From positions 1 to 52,257 of the IMG/VR virus record IMGVR_UViG_3300048847_000024: 52,257 nt of DNA; one strand, 5' to 3'. Position numbers and translations under genes: made by a program. The number at the start of each line of letters is the position of its first letter. The first letter of the stretch is position 1. This stretch comes from a virus (Duplodnaviria; Caudoviricetes). Below, one piece after another: positions 1-8,963 of the stretch. The notes beneath the pieces were generated by a model. The model searched no databases. It saw nothing but the letters and a program-made list of their open reading frames with translations, and was not told the origin of the DNA.

Positions 1-1257
1 TCAGGGCTCGTTCTTCACCATTCTGTGAGCGGTCCTGAGGCTCGCTACGCGGCGGCTTTTTCCAATCGCACCTCTCGAGTAGCGGGCGGTCGTTGAGGCC
101 TGGGTGTGCCCGACCGCGCCGCGGATCTCATCGAGCTCGGCTCCCGCATCCTCGGCTTCGGTGATCGCTCCGGCACGTGCGTCCATGTTCCAGACGCCAT
201 CGGGGATGCCGGCTTTTCGCGCCACCACCCGCCACTCGCGAGCGTAACCGTGCGCGGCGTAAGGGCGTCCGTGCGCCTCGTCGATGATGAGCGGCCCGAC
301 GCGGGCTTCGGCCGGCACCTTCGCCAAAAGCCCGAGGATGAGAGGGGACACGCTGAAATCGTGGGCGATCATGGCCCCGGTCTTCGTCGTCTCCTTCACC
401 ACCACGGTTCGATCGCCGAGATCGGCCCATGTCAGGCCGCCGCCCCAGCGCTTCCAGCCGCGGCCGCGCTTTCCTCGGAGCACGATTCCGGACAAGTCAT
501 CTTCGGAGATGGGGGCCCATTCGCCGATGACGTCGCGCTGGCGCATCGCCGTTTCGAACTGGATGGCGGTGCCCAGAGCGAGCGAGAGCCGGCCGGCCTG
601 TTCGGCGGCTGCCACGAAGGCCTTCACGTGATCGAGGTGCAGCGTGACGCGCCGTCGCTTCGGCTGCTTGAACCGCATCTTGCTGATGATGGAATCGAGC
701 CGGGCGCACTCCGCGATCTCCGCGCTGACGCCAAAGGCGAATAGTCGCCGGAGCATGGAGATGATGCCGTGCGCCTTGCGGACGCGTTCTGGCCCACCCT
801 CAGCCTTCGGCTTCTTCGCCGCGTCGTACCAGCGGCGGAAATCCTCCGCCTTCAGAGCCGAGAGTGCTCGCTTGCCGAAGGCCTTCTCCACGACGTCCAT
901 CACCTGGTCGTAGGTGCGGCGCGTGTTCCATTTCAGGTCTCGGTAGGGCGAGGCCTCGTGGTGCTGGTAGATGCGGATCAGGCTCGCGAGCGTCCCGTCG
1001 TGCGGGCGCTTGTCGCTCCGCTGTCCGGCGGCCCAGGCGAGCATCTCCGCCTGCATGCGCTGGCAGGCGGCGGCGACGAGCGGCGCGTGGCTTGGATCGT
1101 CTGCGTCGTAGAACAGGCGCACCGTCTCCGGCCGATAGCCGGCCTTCACGAGATCGGCGCGAGCGCACCAATATAGGCGCTTGGTGCCGTCCCGGTTTCG
1201 TCGGACCTTTCGACCCGGCATGTCGAGATCAGAGGGCATCGAGGTTCTCTCCTCCAT
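1..1257 (-). CDS. int: Tyrosine recombinase (phage integrase); start may be 1239 or 1221
   Basis: Catalytic set R (MRQRD), K (TKTG), HxxR-position variant (NMDAR), GH and Y (GHTQASTTARY); terminal position in prophage. Confidence 0.93.
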   Translation of the reverse strand: MEERTSMPSDLDMPGRKVRRNRDGTKRLYWCARADLVKAGYRPETVRLFYDADDPSHAPLVAAACQRMQAEMLAWAAGQRSDKRPHDGTLASLIRIYQHHEASPYRDLKWNTRRTYDQVMDVVEKAFGKRALSALKAEDFRRWYDAAKKPKAEGGPERVRKAHGIISMLRRLFAFGVSAEIAECARLDSIISKMRFKQPKRRRVTLHLDHVKAFVAAAEQAGRLSLALGTAIQFETAMRQRDVIGEWAPISEDDLSGIVLRGKRGRGWKRWGGGLTWADLGDRTVVVKETTKTGAMIAHDFSVSPLILGLLAKVPAEARVGPLIIDEAHGRPYAAHGYAREWRVVARKAGIPDGVWNMDARAGAITEAEDAGAELDEIRGAVGHTQASTTARYSRGAIGKSRRVASLRTAHRMVKNEP

Positions 1258-1540
1258 CGGGTTGAGACGCCTCGACGCTAGCGAGCCGGTAGCGGCGGTT
1301 CCAGAAGGCCTCGACAGCCGGCCAGTAGCGGCCGCCCATTATCGGATCGATCCTCGGCAGCCCCTCGCGCTCGAGGACGAGCGCCTTGGCTTTCCACTCG
1401 CTCGGCTGCTGGCTCAGCCGGCGCGCGATCACGGCCTCGCATGGGAAGAGCCCCTGCCGTCGGGCGGCAGGAGAGTCGTCCTGAGGAGCCGAGACGCGGG
1501 CGGGCTGCAAGGTCGGCGCCCGGGTTGCGGCCGCCGTCAC
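1229..1540 (-). CDS. Excisionase-like winged-helix DNA-binding protein
   Basis: Small basic ORF overlapping the int start; LEREGLPRIDPIMGGRYWPAVEAFW resembles proteins found upstream of alphaproteobacterial integrases. Confidence 0.65.
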   Translation of the reverse strand: MTAAATRAPTLQPARVSAPQDDSPAARRQGLFPCEAVIARRLSQQPSEWKAKALVLEREGLPRIDPIMGGRYWPAVEAFWNRRYRLASVEASQPDGGENLDAL

Positions 1541-1695
1541 GGCAGGCCCTCAATGTCCCGCCGGTTGACGGCCTGCACCAACTGGCGAAATCGAGACCGC
1601 ACGGCGCGCCGGCGTCCGCCCGTGAGGAGCCCGATCATCTCAGCCATGGGCGTCTTCCAGCTTCCGCGGAGTAAGGCCCTTGAGGCTCGCGGCAA
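1537..1695 (-). CDS. Small hypothetical protein (52 aa from TTG, or from ATG at 1647); not in the ORF track
   Basis: Open frame whose stop overlaps the xis-like GTG start (GTGA), filling the gap in the operon. Confidence 0.35.
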   Translation of the reverse strand: MPRASRALLRGSWKTPMAEMIGLLTGGRRRAVRSRFRQLVQAVNRRDIEGLP

Positions 1696-1712
1696 CGCTT
1701 GACGTTTAGCAC

Positions 1713-2042
1713 TCACTGCAGTCGAGCCCCGTCGCCGAACACCCGGCGCATGGCCTCAGCCTCGGCCCGCTCCTTGACGTGGATGACGCGCATCTTCATC
1801 TCGACGCTCGCACCGGTGATGCGAATGAGCTCGAGTTGGCCTTCGCCCTTGATGATTGACGTGCCCAAGCGCATCGCCGCCGGGTCGACGTAGACCGCAA
1901 GCACAACGTCCGCCTCGTCGATCAAGCGTTTCAGCACTCTCGTATGCTTGCGCGTTGGAACGCCCGCGAACTCTGCCTTGGTGATGTTCGCCGCCTCCAG
2001 CAACTCGGCTTCCTTCGGCGTGATGGCGATGATGGTGGTCAT
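1713..2042 (-). CDS. Hypothetical protein
   Basis: Good composition, GAGGG RBS, lies within the leftward early operon. Confidence 0.7.
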   Translation of the reverse strand: MTTIIAITPKEAELLEAANITKAEFAGVPTRKHTRVLKRLIDEADVVLAVYVDPAAMRLGTSIIKGEGQLELIRITGASVEMKMRVIHVKERAEAEAMRRVFGDGARLQ

Positions 2043-2135
2043 GCCTTGCCCTCCGGGTCCCGCTCCTTGATGGCCTGCTCCATTGCGCGAGCTTGAGACC
2101 GCAAAGAGCGCCGGCGTTCGCGTGAGGCGACGGGA

Positions 2136-3221
2136 TCACCCATGGCCGGCTTCCAGCCGCCGAGAGAGGCCCCTGAGGCTCGCGGCAAGGCCATCGACGG
2201 CGGCCTCGTCGAGGTCGGTGTTACCGGCGCGAGACGGATGGCTCGCGACATAGGTCGCTACCGCGATGCAGCCCTCCAGCGTCGTCGCCGGTGTCTCCGC
2301 CAGCCTGATCATGACGGCGTAGGCCTGATCGACCGCCTTCAGCCACTTCGGGTTCGTCCCGTCGTCCGATGAAATGGCCTCCTGCGCGTCCCAAAGCGCC
2401 TTGTGCGTCTCGATCAGCTCGAAGACCGGATCGCCCGCCGCTTCGGATGCGTTTCGAGTGGCGCCGGAAAGGATGCTGCGGACCGCCGTCGCCGGGTACG
2501 GCGCTTCGTCCTCGGTCATTCGACGCGGATCCATCTCGTGATGGCCCTGCAGAGCGCGCTCCACGCGAGTGTGCGGGTCGAGGAAATCAGACATGGAGCC
2601 CGCGACGCCGGCAGCGCGCCGGTCAGCGCCGCACGCCGTCTCGAGAACGCGAAGGACGCTGTAGAGGCAGGACCCCGCGCCCCGAAGCCTCTCCTCGGCC
2701 TTTCGCTTTTCGCAGGCGTCGTTGAGGTCCAGCGACAGAAGGTCGTCAAGGAGGTGGCTCGCAACAGCCACCTGGAACATCGCGCCTTCGAAGGACTGGG
2801 CGAGCAGGTGCGGCGCGGCCTGACGCAGATCGTATTCGCGGTCGTAGAGGTGCTCGCGGGTCTCTTCGATGAAGAACTCGTCCGGGACGCTCTTTTCTCT
2901 TGCGGCACGCTGCGCCAACTCGGATGCGGCGTAGGCCTCGCCAAGCTGGGCGCAGAGGCGTCCGATCTGGGCGACCAAGCAAATGCTTGGATCAAGCTTT
3001 GCGCGTTCCACGGAGGTCGCGGGGATCGGACCGGCCGAAGCCGCCGCTTCTCGCGGGCTTCCGGAGCGGTGCGCATGTTTGCTGGTCTTGCGGGTGCTCG
3101 GCCCCCTCGCGCGCTCGACGGTCTCAGCGATCATGTCGCTGGCGGAGAGCTTCGCGGAAGCTCGCGGCGCACGCGAGGCTGAGTTGATACAGGCGGGCTC
3201 GGCTAGGATTGCGGCGGACAT
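2136..3221 (-). CDS. Hypothetical early protein with two helical DP...(P)xT/SxEG domains; probable start 3221
   Basis: GAGGGAG RBS before ATG 3221; first gene after the pL-like promoter. Confidence 0.7.
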   Translation of the reverse strand: MSAAILAEPACINSASRAPRASAKLSASDMIAETVERARGPSTRKTSKHAHRSGSPREAAASAGPIPATSVERAKLDPSICLVAQIGRLCAQLGEAYAASELAQRAAREKSVPDEFFIEETREHLYDREYDLRQAAPHLLAQSFEGAMFQVAVASHLLDDLLSLDLNDACEKRKAEERLRGAGSCLYSVLRVLETACGADRRAAGVAGSMSDFLDPHTRVERALQGHHEMDPRRMTEDEAPYPATAVRSILSGATRNASEAAGDPVFELIETHKALWDAQEAISSDDGTNPKWLKAVDQAYAVMIRLAETPATTLEGCIAVATYVASHPSRAGNTDLDEAAVDGLAASLRGLSRRLEAGHG

Positions 3222-3254
3222 TGGAGGCTCCCTCGGCCAGAACGGCTCCCAGGA

Positions 3255-3293
3255 AAATACCAACATGGTCTAACAATGCAATACCAAAATGGT
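3255..3293 (-). promoter_or_regulatory. pL/oL-like promoter with two CI operators (ACCAACATGGT 3259-3269; ACCAAAATGGT 3283-3293)
   Basis: Same ACCAANATGGT pseudo-palindrome as the three sites between cI and cro; minus strand reads TTGCAT-N17-TATTTT. Confidence 0.8.
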
Positions 3294-3826
3294 TTTCGAG
3301 GTGTCTCAGTTCGTATATCTTCGTTCAGGACTTCGGGAGGGCGGCCGAAAAATGTGGCCCGACCGCTCCCCACGCGGCCGGGCCGTGCAATCGCCGTCTG
3401 GGTGAGAGGGGGGCGCGTATCCCACCCAACGCATCTCTAATGCGGGGGTCGGCAAAAGCGCGGAGACGGTAGCCAGCCAAGTCTGAATGCATCCTAAGAA
3501 GGAAGTTCATCAGGCGTTCAGCGGACGTACCGTTGCCGATTACGTCGGCGGGAGGCGCTGGTCTTCAGATCCGATCCTTGTATTTCCCCTTACTCTTTCG
3601 ACGGTAGCCACGCCGGATCTGGCGCGCTCTGACCCTCGTCAGACATGTCTGCCGCCAGACGTGAGATCGCCTCCTGCCAAAGGCGCACCCCGTTCAAAAC
3701 AGCCGCGAGGAACAATGTCATTCGCTCTCTCATCTTTGCCAATGCCCATATAGACATCAGCAATCCGACGAACGAATGACCGTTTAGGGCGCGCAGTGGG
3801 GGGGCAACCGTACACGGGAAGCTTCG

Positions 3827-4030
3827 TCAACCACCGACCTCGGCAGGGTCGCCATTCTCGTCAACGATACGGAAAGTCACCTGGCCGAGCTTGGGGTCGC
3901 GCCGTGCGAGGTAGGCTTGGCCGCCCGCCCGCGCACTCTCAAGCGTCGGGTAGGACTCGGGAAGCCTGTGCGAGACGAAGCCGTCTTCCGTAGGCGTGGA
4001 TAGCTCGATGATGTGGACGATGTAGGCCAT
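3827..4030 (-). CDS. Hypothetical protein (about 67 aa)
   Basis: Globular-looking sequence MAYIVHIIEL...FRIVDENG. Confidence 0.55.
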   Translation of the reverse strand: MAYIVHIIELSTPTEDGFVSHRLPESYPTLESARAGGQAYLARRDPKLGQVTFRIVDENGDPAEVGG

Positions 4031-4093
4031 ACGACGAATATGGCGCGCGGAACGCTCCCCTTCCACGAGCGTGTGTGTGCCGCTCGTTCCTGT

Positions 4094-4774
4094 TCAGGAG
4101 ATCCTGATCATGCGCGCACCGTCCCACTGAAAGGTTCTCTGCTCCCCCTGGCGCACGTTCTGGACCACCGAGGGCCGCAGGGCGGCGAGGCACATCCCGC
4201 CGCGAAACCGCACCGACGGATAGAGGATCCCGTTCCCGCCGGCCGCGCGGATGGACTTGGCGAGCGCTTGGCCGGCTGGGTAGCCGATCGCTGGATCGGG
4301 ATCGAGGCTGACGTGCTGTGGATCGCCTCGAAGATCGTGGAAGCGACAGGAGAAGCCCGCCAGCAGTTGCCGATACGAGACCAGTTCGCTCGCGGCGCCC
4401 GCCTCCCGCAGCGCGTTGGCCATATGGAACGTGACCTCGGCTTCAGAGGTCCCGGCGTCCTGGGGACCGAAGGCGGCGTACCAGCACCCACGATCCTCGT
4501 CGTTGAAGCGGTTTCCGGGCGGCTTCGCGTGGCAGAACGCGGCGTTGATGAAGCTCCAGCCATAGCCGTAGCTCTCGTTCAGCAGCTCGCGGGGATCCAC
4601 GCCTAGTGGCAGGCTCGGTACGTTCAGCCGCGCGGAGGTGAGGGCCTCGAGCTCGTTGAGGATCGCCTCTTCGTCCGCGCTGTCGGCCAAAGGCCTCACG
4701 GCCGGCTCATCGATGTACGCGGTCGGGATGAGGCGAACCGTGCGCGCCTCGACGAAATCGACCTCGGGGATCAC
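4094..4774 (-). CDS. RES-domain toxin (NAD+ phosphorylase / ADP-ribosyltransferase-like)
   Basis: R (NRFND..GCWYAA), E (EAEVTFH) and S (GILYPSVR) motifs; overlaps the antitoxin stop codon. Confidence 0.9.
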   Translation of the reverse strand: MIPEVDFVEARTVRLIPTAYIDEPAVRPLADSADEEAILNELEALTSARLNVPSLPLGVDPRELLNESYGYGWSFINAAFCHAKPPGNRFNDEDRGCWYAAFGPQDAGTSEAEVTFHMANALREAGAASELVSYRQLLAGFSCRFHDLRGDPQHVSLDPDPAIGYPAGQALAKSIRAAGGNGILYPSVRFRGGMCLAALRPSVVQNVRQGEQRTFQWDGARMIRIS

Positions 4775-5175
4775 AGGCCGCCGCGCAGCCCATCGAGATA
4801 GCGGCGGGTCCGCAGCATCGCCGGGATGCCGCCTTCAATCATCAGCGAGACTGGAGATCGCCCCTGGAACATCGGCCCCGTGTTCGGCGCCTTCGGCCAG
4901 CCGTGGACCATCTCCTGATTGAAAAGGATACGCAGCGCCTTGAAGATGCCGACGATCAGGCTGGCGCGAGTGAGCTTGTCCTGGTCGAGGCGGCCGCTGA
5001 ACGTCCCTGCCTTCATGCGGTTCCACGTGGCGATCGGTACATCGAACAGGTCCGCCGCCTCCTTGTTCGTCAGGCCCCAGAAGCCGCACGCACGAACCAC
5101 CGCCTTCACGATCGCCGCGGTTTGATCGCCGGGTTCGATTCTCGCCGGGAGTAGGAGATCCTGAGGAGCAGGCAC
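4771..5175 (-). CDS. Xre/MbcA/ParS-family antitoxin
   Basis: N-terminal HTH (WGLTNKEAADLFDVPIATWNRMK) and C-terminal W.KAPN...F.GRSP...GGI..M..RRYLD motif; directly upstream of RES. Confidence 0.9.
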   Translation of the reverse strand: MPAPQDLLLPARIEPGDQTAAIVKAVVRACGFWGLTNKEAADLFDVPIATWNRMKAGTFSGRLDQDKLTRASLIVGIFKALRILFNQEMVHGWPKAPNTGPMFQGRSPVSLMIEGGIPAMLRTRRYLDGLRGGL

Positions 5176-5198
5176 GGATACCTCGCCGATTGCGCGGT

Positions 5199-5214
5199 CA
5201 TATCATATGATATG
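5199..5214. promoter_or_regulatory. Perfect 16-bp palindrome CATATCATATGATATG; probable Xre-RES autorepression operator
   Basis: Seen directly, about 24 bp upstream of the antitoxin start. Confidence 0.7.
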
Positions 5215-5405
5215 CTCGCCCCCCTCGCAAGGACCTAGAAAAACCGTACGCACGTCGGACGCTAGCGAGTTGTTACCTGCATGAGGCGCCTGGAAGGAAG
5301 ATCCCCGTCGCAACGCCAACGGAGAGCGTGCCAGGCAGTATCTTGACCTAGGACTGGTGCTTGGGTCAGCTACGAATGGAATAGGCAATTGCACAGGAAC
5401 GACGG

Positions 5406-5684
5406 CTAACGGTACACGTCCTTCCTATTATCGATGTCTAAAACTAAGACCTTAGGCACATTATGATGAACTACGTATAATATGCGGTAATCACCCGATC
5501 GCAACCTGTATACGGGCGCGCCATTGTTGGTGACTCCGCTTAACTTTTTGCAGCCGTGCGGGTGAGGATCGTCTTTTAATCCGTTAAGCCGGGATATGAT
5601 CTGCCTGCGAATTTTCCCCGAAGGTAGCCCTTCGAGGAACGTTAGGGCGGAAGACGTAAGGGCGAGTTCATAAGGGCAGGCCAC
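5406..5684 (-). CDS. relE: RelE/ParE-superfamily (RelE-type) toxin
   Basis: P.P.GCKKLSG, YRLRSGDYRILY and VLVLDIDNRKDVYR motifs; 92 aa. Confidence 0.9.
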   Translation of the reverse strand: MACPYELALTSSALTFLEGLPSGKIRRQIISRLNGLKDDPHPHGCKKLSGVTNNGAPVYRLRSGDYRILYVVHHNVPKVLVLDIDNRKDVYR

Positions 5685-5688
5685 GGGC

Positions 5689-8124
5689 TTAACCCGACAG
5701 CCGTACTAACCTCATTTGGAGGGCCTCTCCCTCTATGATCGCGTGCTCAGATGCACTCACCTCCTTCAGCCGGCAGTAGGCGACTTCGGCGTCGTGCTCG
5801 TCTTCAGCCGCTTCCATGGCCAGGGCTTCAATCGCCCCCGCGGCGGCTATCATTGAGCGAACCCGCTCCAACAGCAGGTGGCTGCTTGGAAGGGGATACT
5901 CCGAGATTCGTTGGGGTGTCGCCTTCATGCCATAGTTAAACCGCCACCTTTCAGACCGCAGCACGGCTGCTGCAATGTATAAGGCCTCATGAGGAACACC
6001 TGTTTTCGGAACGAGTATTAGACAGTCATCAGTGACGCCACAGGGCCATTCTTGCACGTGCGCCTGCCCGATACTCCCGGTGCTCGGTACTGTGATAAAC
6101 GGCGGCGCTATGAGTTTCTTGAAGTCAAAAAACCCGTACCAGCCATTGTTCGTTCCTTGGGAGGATATGATCAGCGAGGCACCCGGTCCTAGATCCCTCT
6201 TGCTGTGCAGGTCTTTCATTCCATACGCGATATGGAACTGCCCCCCAATTGTGGCGCTTGATCGCTCAACCTGCTTCATCTTCTTTAAGTCACGAACGGA
6301 TGCTATTTCGATCTGGCCATGAGAAATCGCAGACTGCATGGCGAGAAGCTCGTGAGCGAAGGAAACGGTCGCGGAGGAGCGACTCCGAGTTAGATAATAA
6401 ACCTCTCTGAGTAGTTCTTCGTCTGTGAATATCTTGGCTGGGACATGAAGGCCCGGCCCCCAATTGTCGTTCAGCGAGTCCCATCCGCAAACTCCTGGGA
6501 TCGTGGACCGCATTTTATAGGCTTGAACGACATCAGGGATTTGGCTCCCGCGAACCGGCATCCGGACTTGCTTTATCACCCTGAAGCCGTCATTTTTGAT
6601 CTTGGCATAAAAGACGGAATTCGCTTTTCCGTGCGGTATGCCCTTAGTCATCACCAACACAGACGTCACGGCGTCTGCGTACGGGTGCCATAACTCTCGC
6701 TCGAAACTTATCACAGCGTTGACGGTGTTGGCCTTTCTCAGCTTAATTCGCCAGTCTGTTTTATCTCTTTTCACCAACAGGCTGGTTGGGACGAGTACGG
6801 CAAGACGCCCTCCTTGCTGCAGCCCTTCCAGCGCTCTCTCCACAAAAGCTTCGGGCGGAGTATCAGTCCTTTTGTGTGGGAACGGTGGATTTAGCAGCGC
6901 GACGGTTGCCTTCCCCACTGGATAGTCTGGCCATGTGAAGCAGTCCGCTCTATGTACACCTGTCTTGCCGTCCCCACGTAAGATCATATTGGCGACGCAG
7001 AGTGCCGCCGTAATAGGTTCTTTGTCTAAGCCAATAAGATGGTCGGCGACCAGCGCAGCGACAGCGGACCGGGATATCTTCTCTTGCGATTGTATCCTAT
7101 TCATCGCAGCGATCAAAAACCCGCCGGTGCCGCAAGAGGGGTCTATGACAACGTCATTGGCACTCACCTCGGTAAGGTCAGCCATCATGTCTGCGACGTG
7201 ACGCGGCGTGAAATACTGACCAATGGTGTTGCCGCCAGTATATCTGAAAAATGTCTCGTAAAGCTGCCCGAGGTAGTCGTGCTCAGCCGTAAGCACATGA
7301 ACGTTCAGGCGCTCCAGAATGGATACGATGCGGCGAGAATTTTTGGCGAGCTCCCTATTTGCCTCATCGACCTGAAGGCTCTTCTGCAAATCAGGCTTCT
7401 TGGCCTGCCAGAATGCCTGCTTGCAGTGATAATTGATACTATTGAGGATGCTGCCCTCGTCTTTGCTGAGGGTTCCTTTTGAGTGCCAGAGCGCTAGCAT
7501 GATCGTCCCGACAACAGCTGGTCTGAACTCATCCTTGATGCCAGACTGTCGGAGGAGGCCGTTGATTTCATCTGCGCGCGCCGCCAAAACGTCGGGTAGC
7601 GGAACGGTTGGTCTCAGCTCGTGAGGCGCAGAAAGCGGGAGTAATCTCTCTACGTCAGTGCGATTTGGAATCCATCCAATCGGCTCTCCGTCATAAGTCA
7701 CCGGAGACCAAGACGCGCCATTCCATTTTAGGACACGAAGCAAGAAGTTATCTTCGTCCGCTCCGGCTAGAGCTATCGCGAGCGGCGTATATCCGGCGTC
7801 GATACAAGCGCTGCCGTATACGTCGGTAACCTCCTCGATAGCCTTGGCTAGAGACGTGATGGACGGCTTAACCTCAATGACAGCCAGAGGCCTCATCGTC
7901 TCACGATCAACGAGGAAGCCCTCTGGGCGGCCGTCACCCTTCTTCCCGGATTTGCTGATACCCCGAAGGATTCCAGCCAAGTGGCTGTGGTCCTTGTACT
8001 CTTGCTGCCTTAGCATTTCGCCATAAGGCGGTCGTCGGGTATCCCAGCCTTGAGATTGAAGAAGGTCGACGAGGAGGTCCTCTGCCCGTACCTCGGCAAC
8101 ACGATCGGCGCGAGCCATACTCAA
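5689..8124 (-). CDS. Single-chain restriction-modification enzyme (nuclease + N6-adenine MTase + TRD; Type IIG/BcgI-like) with a C-terminal antitoxin-like tail
   Basis: N-terminal P(E)...IEVK nuclease-like motif; GQYFTP, DPSCGTGGFL (motif I), NPPF (motif IV); HsdS-like TRD (ITVPSTGSIG...TDDCLIL...RFNYG); lower GC than the phage backbone. Confidence 0.88.
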   Translation of the reverse strand: MSMARADRVAEVRAEDLLVDLLQSQGWDTRRPPYGEMLRQQEYKDHSHLAGILRGISKSGKKGDGRPEGFLVDRETMRPLAVIEVKPSITSLAKAIEEVTDVYGSACIDAGYTPLAIALAGADEDNFLLRVLKWNGASWSPVTYDGEPIGWIPNRTDVERLLPLSAPHELRPTVPLPDVLAARADEINGLLRQSGIKDEFRPAVVGTIMLALWHSKGTLSKDEGSILNSINYHCKQAFWQAKKPDLQKSLQVDEANRELAKNSRRIVSILERLNVHVLTAEHDYLGQLYETFFRYTGGNTIGQYFTPRHVADMMADLTEVSANDVVIDPSCGTGGFLIAAMNRIQSQEKISRSAVAALVADHLIGLDKEPITAALCVANMILRGDGKTGVHRADCFTWPDYPVGKATVALLNPPFPHKRTDTPPEAFVERALEGLQQGGRLAVLVPTSLLVKRDKTDWRIKLRKANTVNAVISFERELWHPYADAVTSVLVMTKGIPHGKANSVFYAKIKNDGFRVIKQVRMPVRGSQIPDVVQAYKMRSTIPGVCGWDSLNDNWGPGLHVPAKIFTDEELLREVYYLTRSRSSATVSFAHELLAMQSAISHGQIEIASVRDLKKMKQVERSSATIGGQFHIAYGMKDLHSKRDLGPGASLIISSQGTNNGWYGFFDFKKLIAPPFITVPSTGSIGQAHVQEWPCGVTDDCLILVPKTGVPHEALYIAAAVLRSERWRFNYGMKATPQRISEYPLPSSHLLLERVRSMIAAAGAIEALAMEAAEDEHDAEVAYCRLKEVSASEHAIIEGEALQMRLVRLSG

Positions 8125-8473
8125 CTCCCCCGCGCGTCGCGGTCAAAAAGGGCGAACACGGTCGTGATTCTACACGGGAGCGCCCTCAGGCGACAGTCCC
8201 CAATCCGTAGCGTTGGCCTACGCACCACAGCGGACCGAAAGTTACGGATTGTGAGCGGCCCGAGCGCGGCGGGAAAATCCGTAGCAAGTATTCCCCCCGC
8301 CGGGGCCGAGGTCGAGGCCGATTTCGTCGATGCGGGGGCCCCATGGCTCACAGACGCCCCGGTCCGCCTGTACTCATCCAGCTTCTCTGTCGCAGGAAAG
8401 GCGCTCAGAATCGAGGTTGAGCGGCAGTCGGCGAGGGCACGCGATGGCCCTTCCCGGATCGCAGATGAAGCCT

Positions 8474-8860
8474 TCAAAAGGGAATATCGTCGATCCACTC
8501 CCTCCACTCATTGTCTGAGAACTCCTCGTAAATCTTCCCGTTTTCTCGCATCTGAAATCGGCCATGACCCTTCATTGCGAAGTCAATATGATTGGCGCCA
8601 AACTGGATCTCGGTTATCAGTGGATGCCCCACGAGAATTTCTTTCGCTAGATCCGGTAAAATCTTGGTGGTGCGGAATTTTGACTGCAGGCGCTCTATGA
8701 CATTATTTGCGCTATCCCTCTGAAGCAGAGCCTCGTCCAACAGACGGCGGACTGCCTCAACCTCAGACGGAAGGCCCTTGTCGCGTTGGAACGACAAGAT
8801 GCGCTCGACGAGGTCTGTGGGCAGTACATAGACCCGGCGCTGGGTCGCCTCTTTCACCAT
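8474..8860 (-). CDS. Ribbon-helix-helix regulator with a C-terminal extension (Mnt-like position)
   Basis: GGAG RBS before ATG 8860; RRVYVLPTDLVERILSFQ..GLPSEVEAVRRLLDEAL has an RHH pattern. Confidence 0.75.
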   Translation of the reverse strand: MVKEATQRRVYVLPTDLVERILSFQRDKGLPSEVEAVRRLLDEALLQRDSANNVIERLQSKFRTTKILPDLAKEILVGHPLITEIQFGANHIDFAMKGHGRFQMRENGKIYEEFSDNEWREWIDDIPF

Positions 8861-8895
8861 CAGAGCGGCAATCTCCAGAATGGATGGAAACGCCG

Positions 8896-8953
8896 TTTGA
8901 CACGCCATTGACAATTCGGCAATTGACACGCCTATGTGAAGAGCCGTGTCAAT
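8896..8953. promoter_or_regulatory. Divergent promoter/operator region with four TTGACA(CG) copies
   Basis: TTGACACGCC at 8897 and 8923, TTGACA at 8908, inverted CGTGTCAA at 8945. Confidence 0.7.
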
Positions 8954-8963
8954 GGAGGGTGGA

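Noticed and set aside
3309-3326. GTTC...GTTC near pL as a possible LexA box
   Set aside because: The spacer is 10 nt, not 7.
3325-3830. Short ORFs between pL and the 4030 gene
   Set aside because: No convincing RBS or motifs; possibly decayed cargo, but unsupported.
8121-8507. 128-aa ORF between the RHH gene and the R-M gene as an antitoxin or controller protein
   Set aside because: Low-complexity Ser/Ala/Arg sequence with no HTH or RHH pattern; probably a non-coding promoter region.
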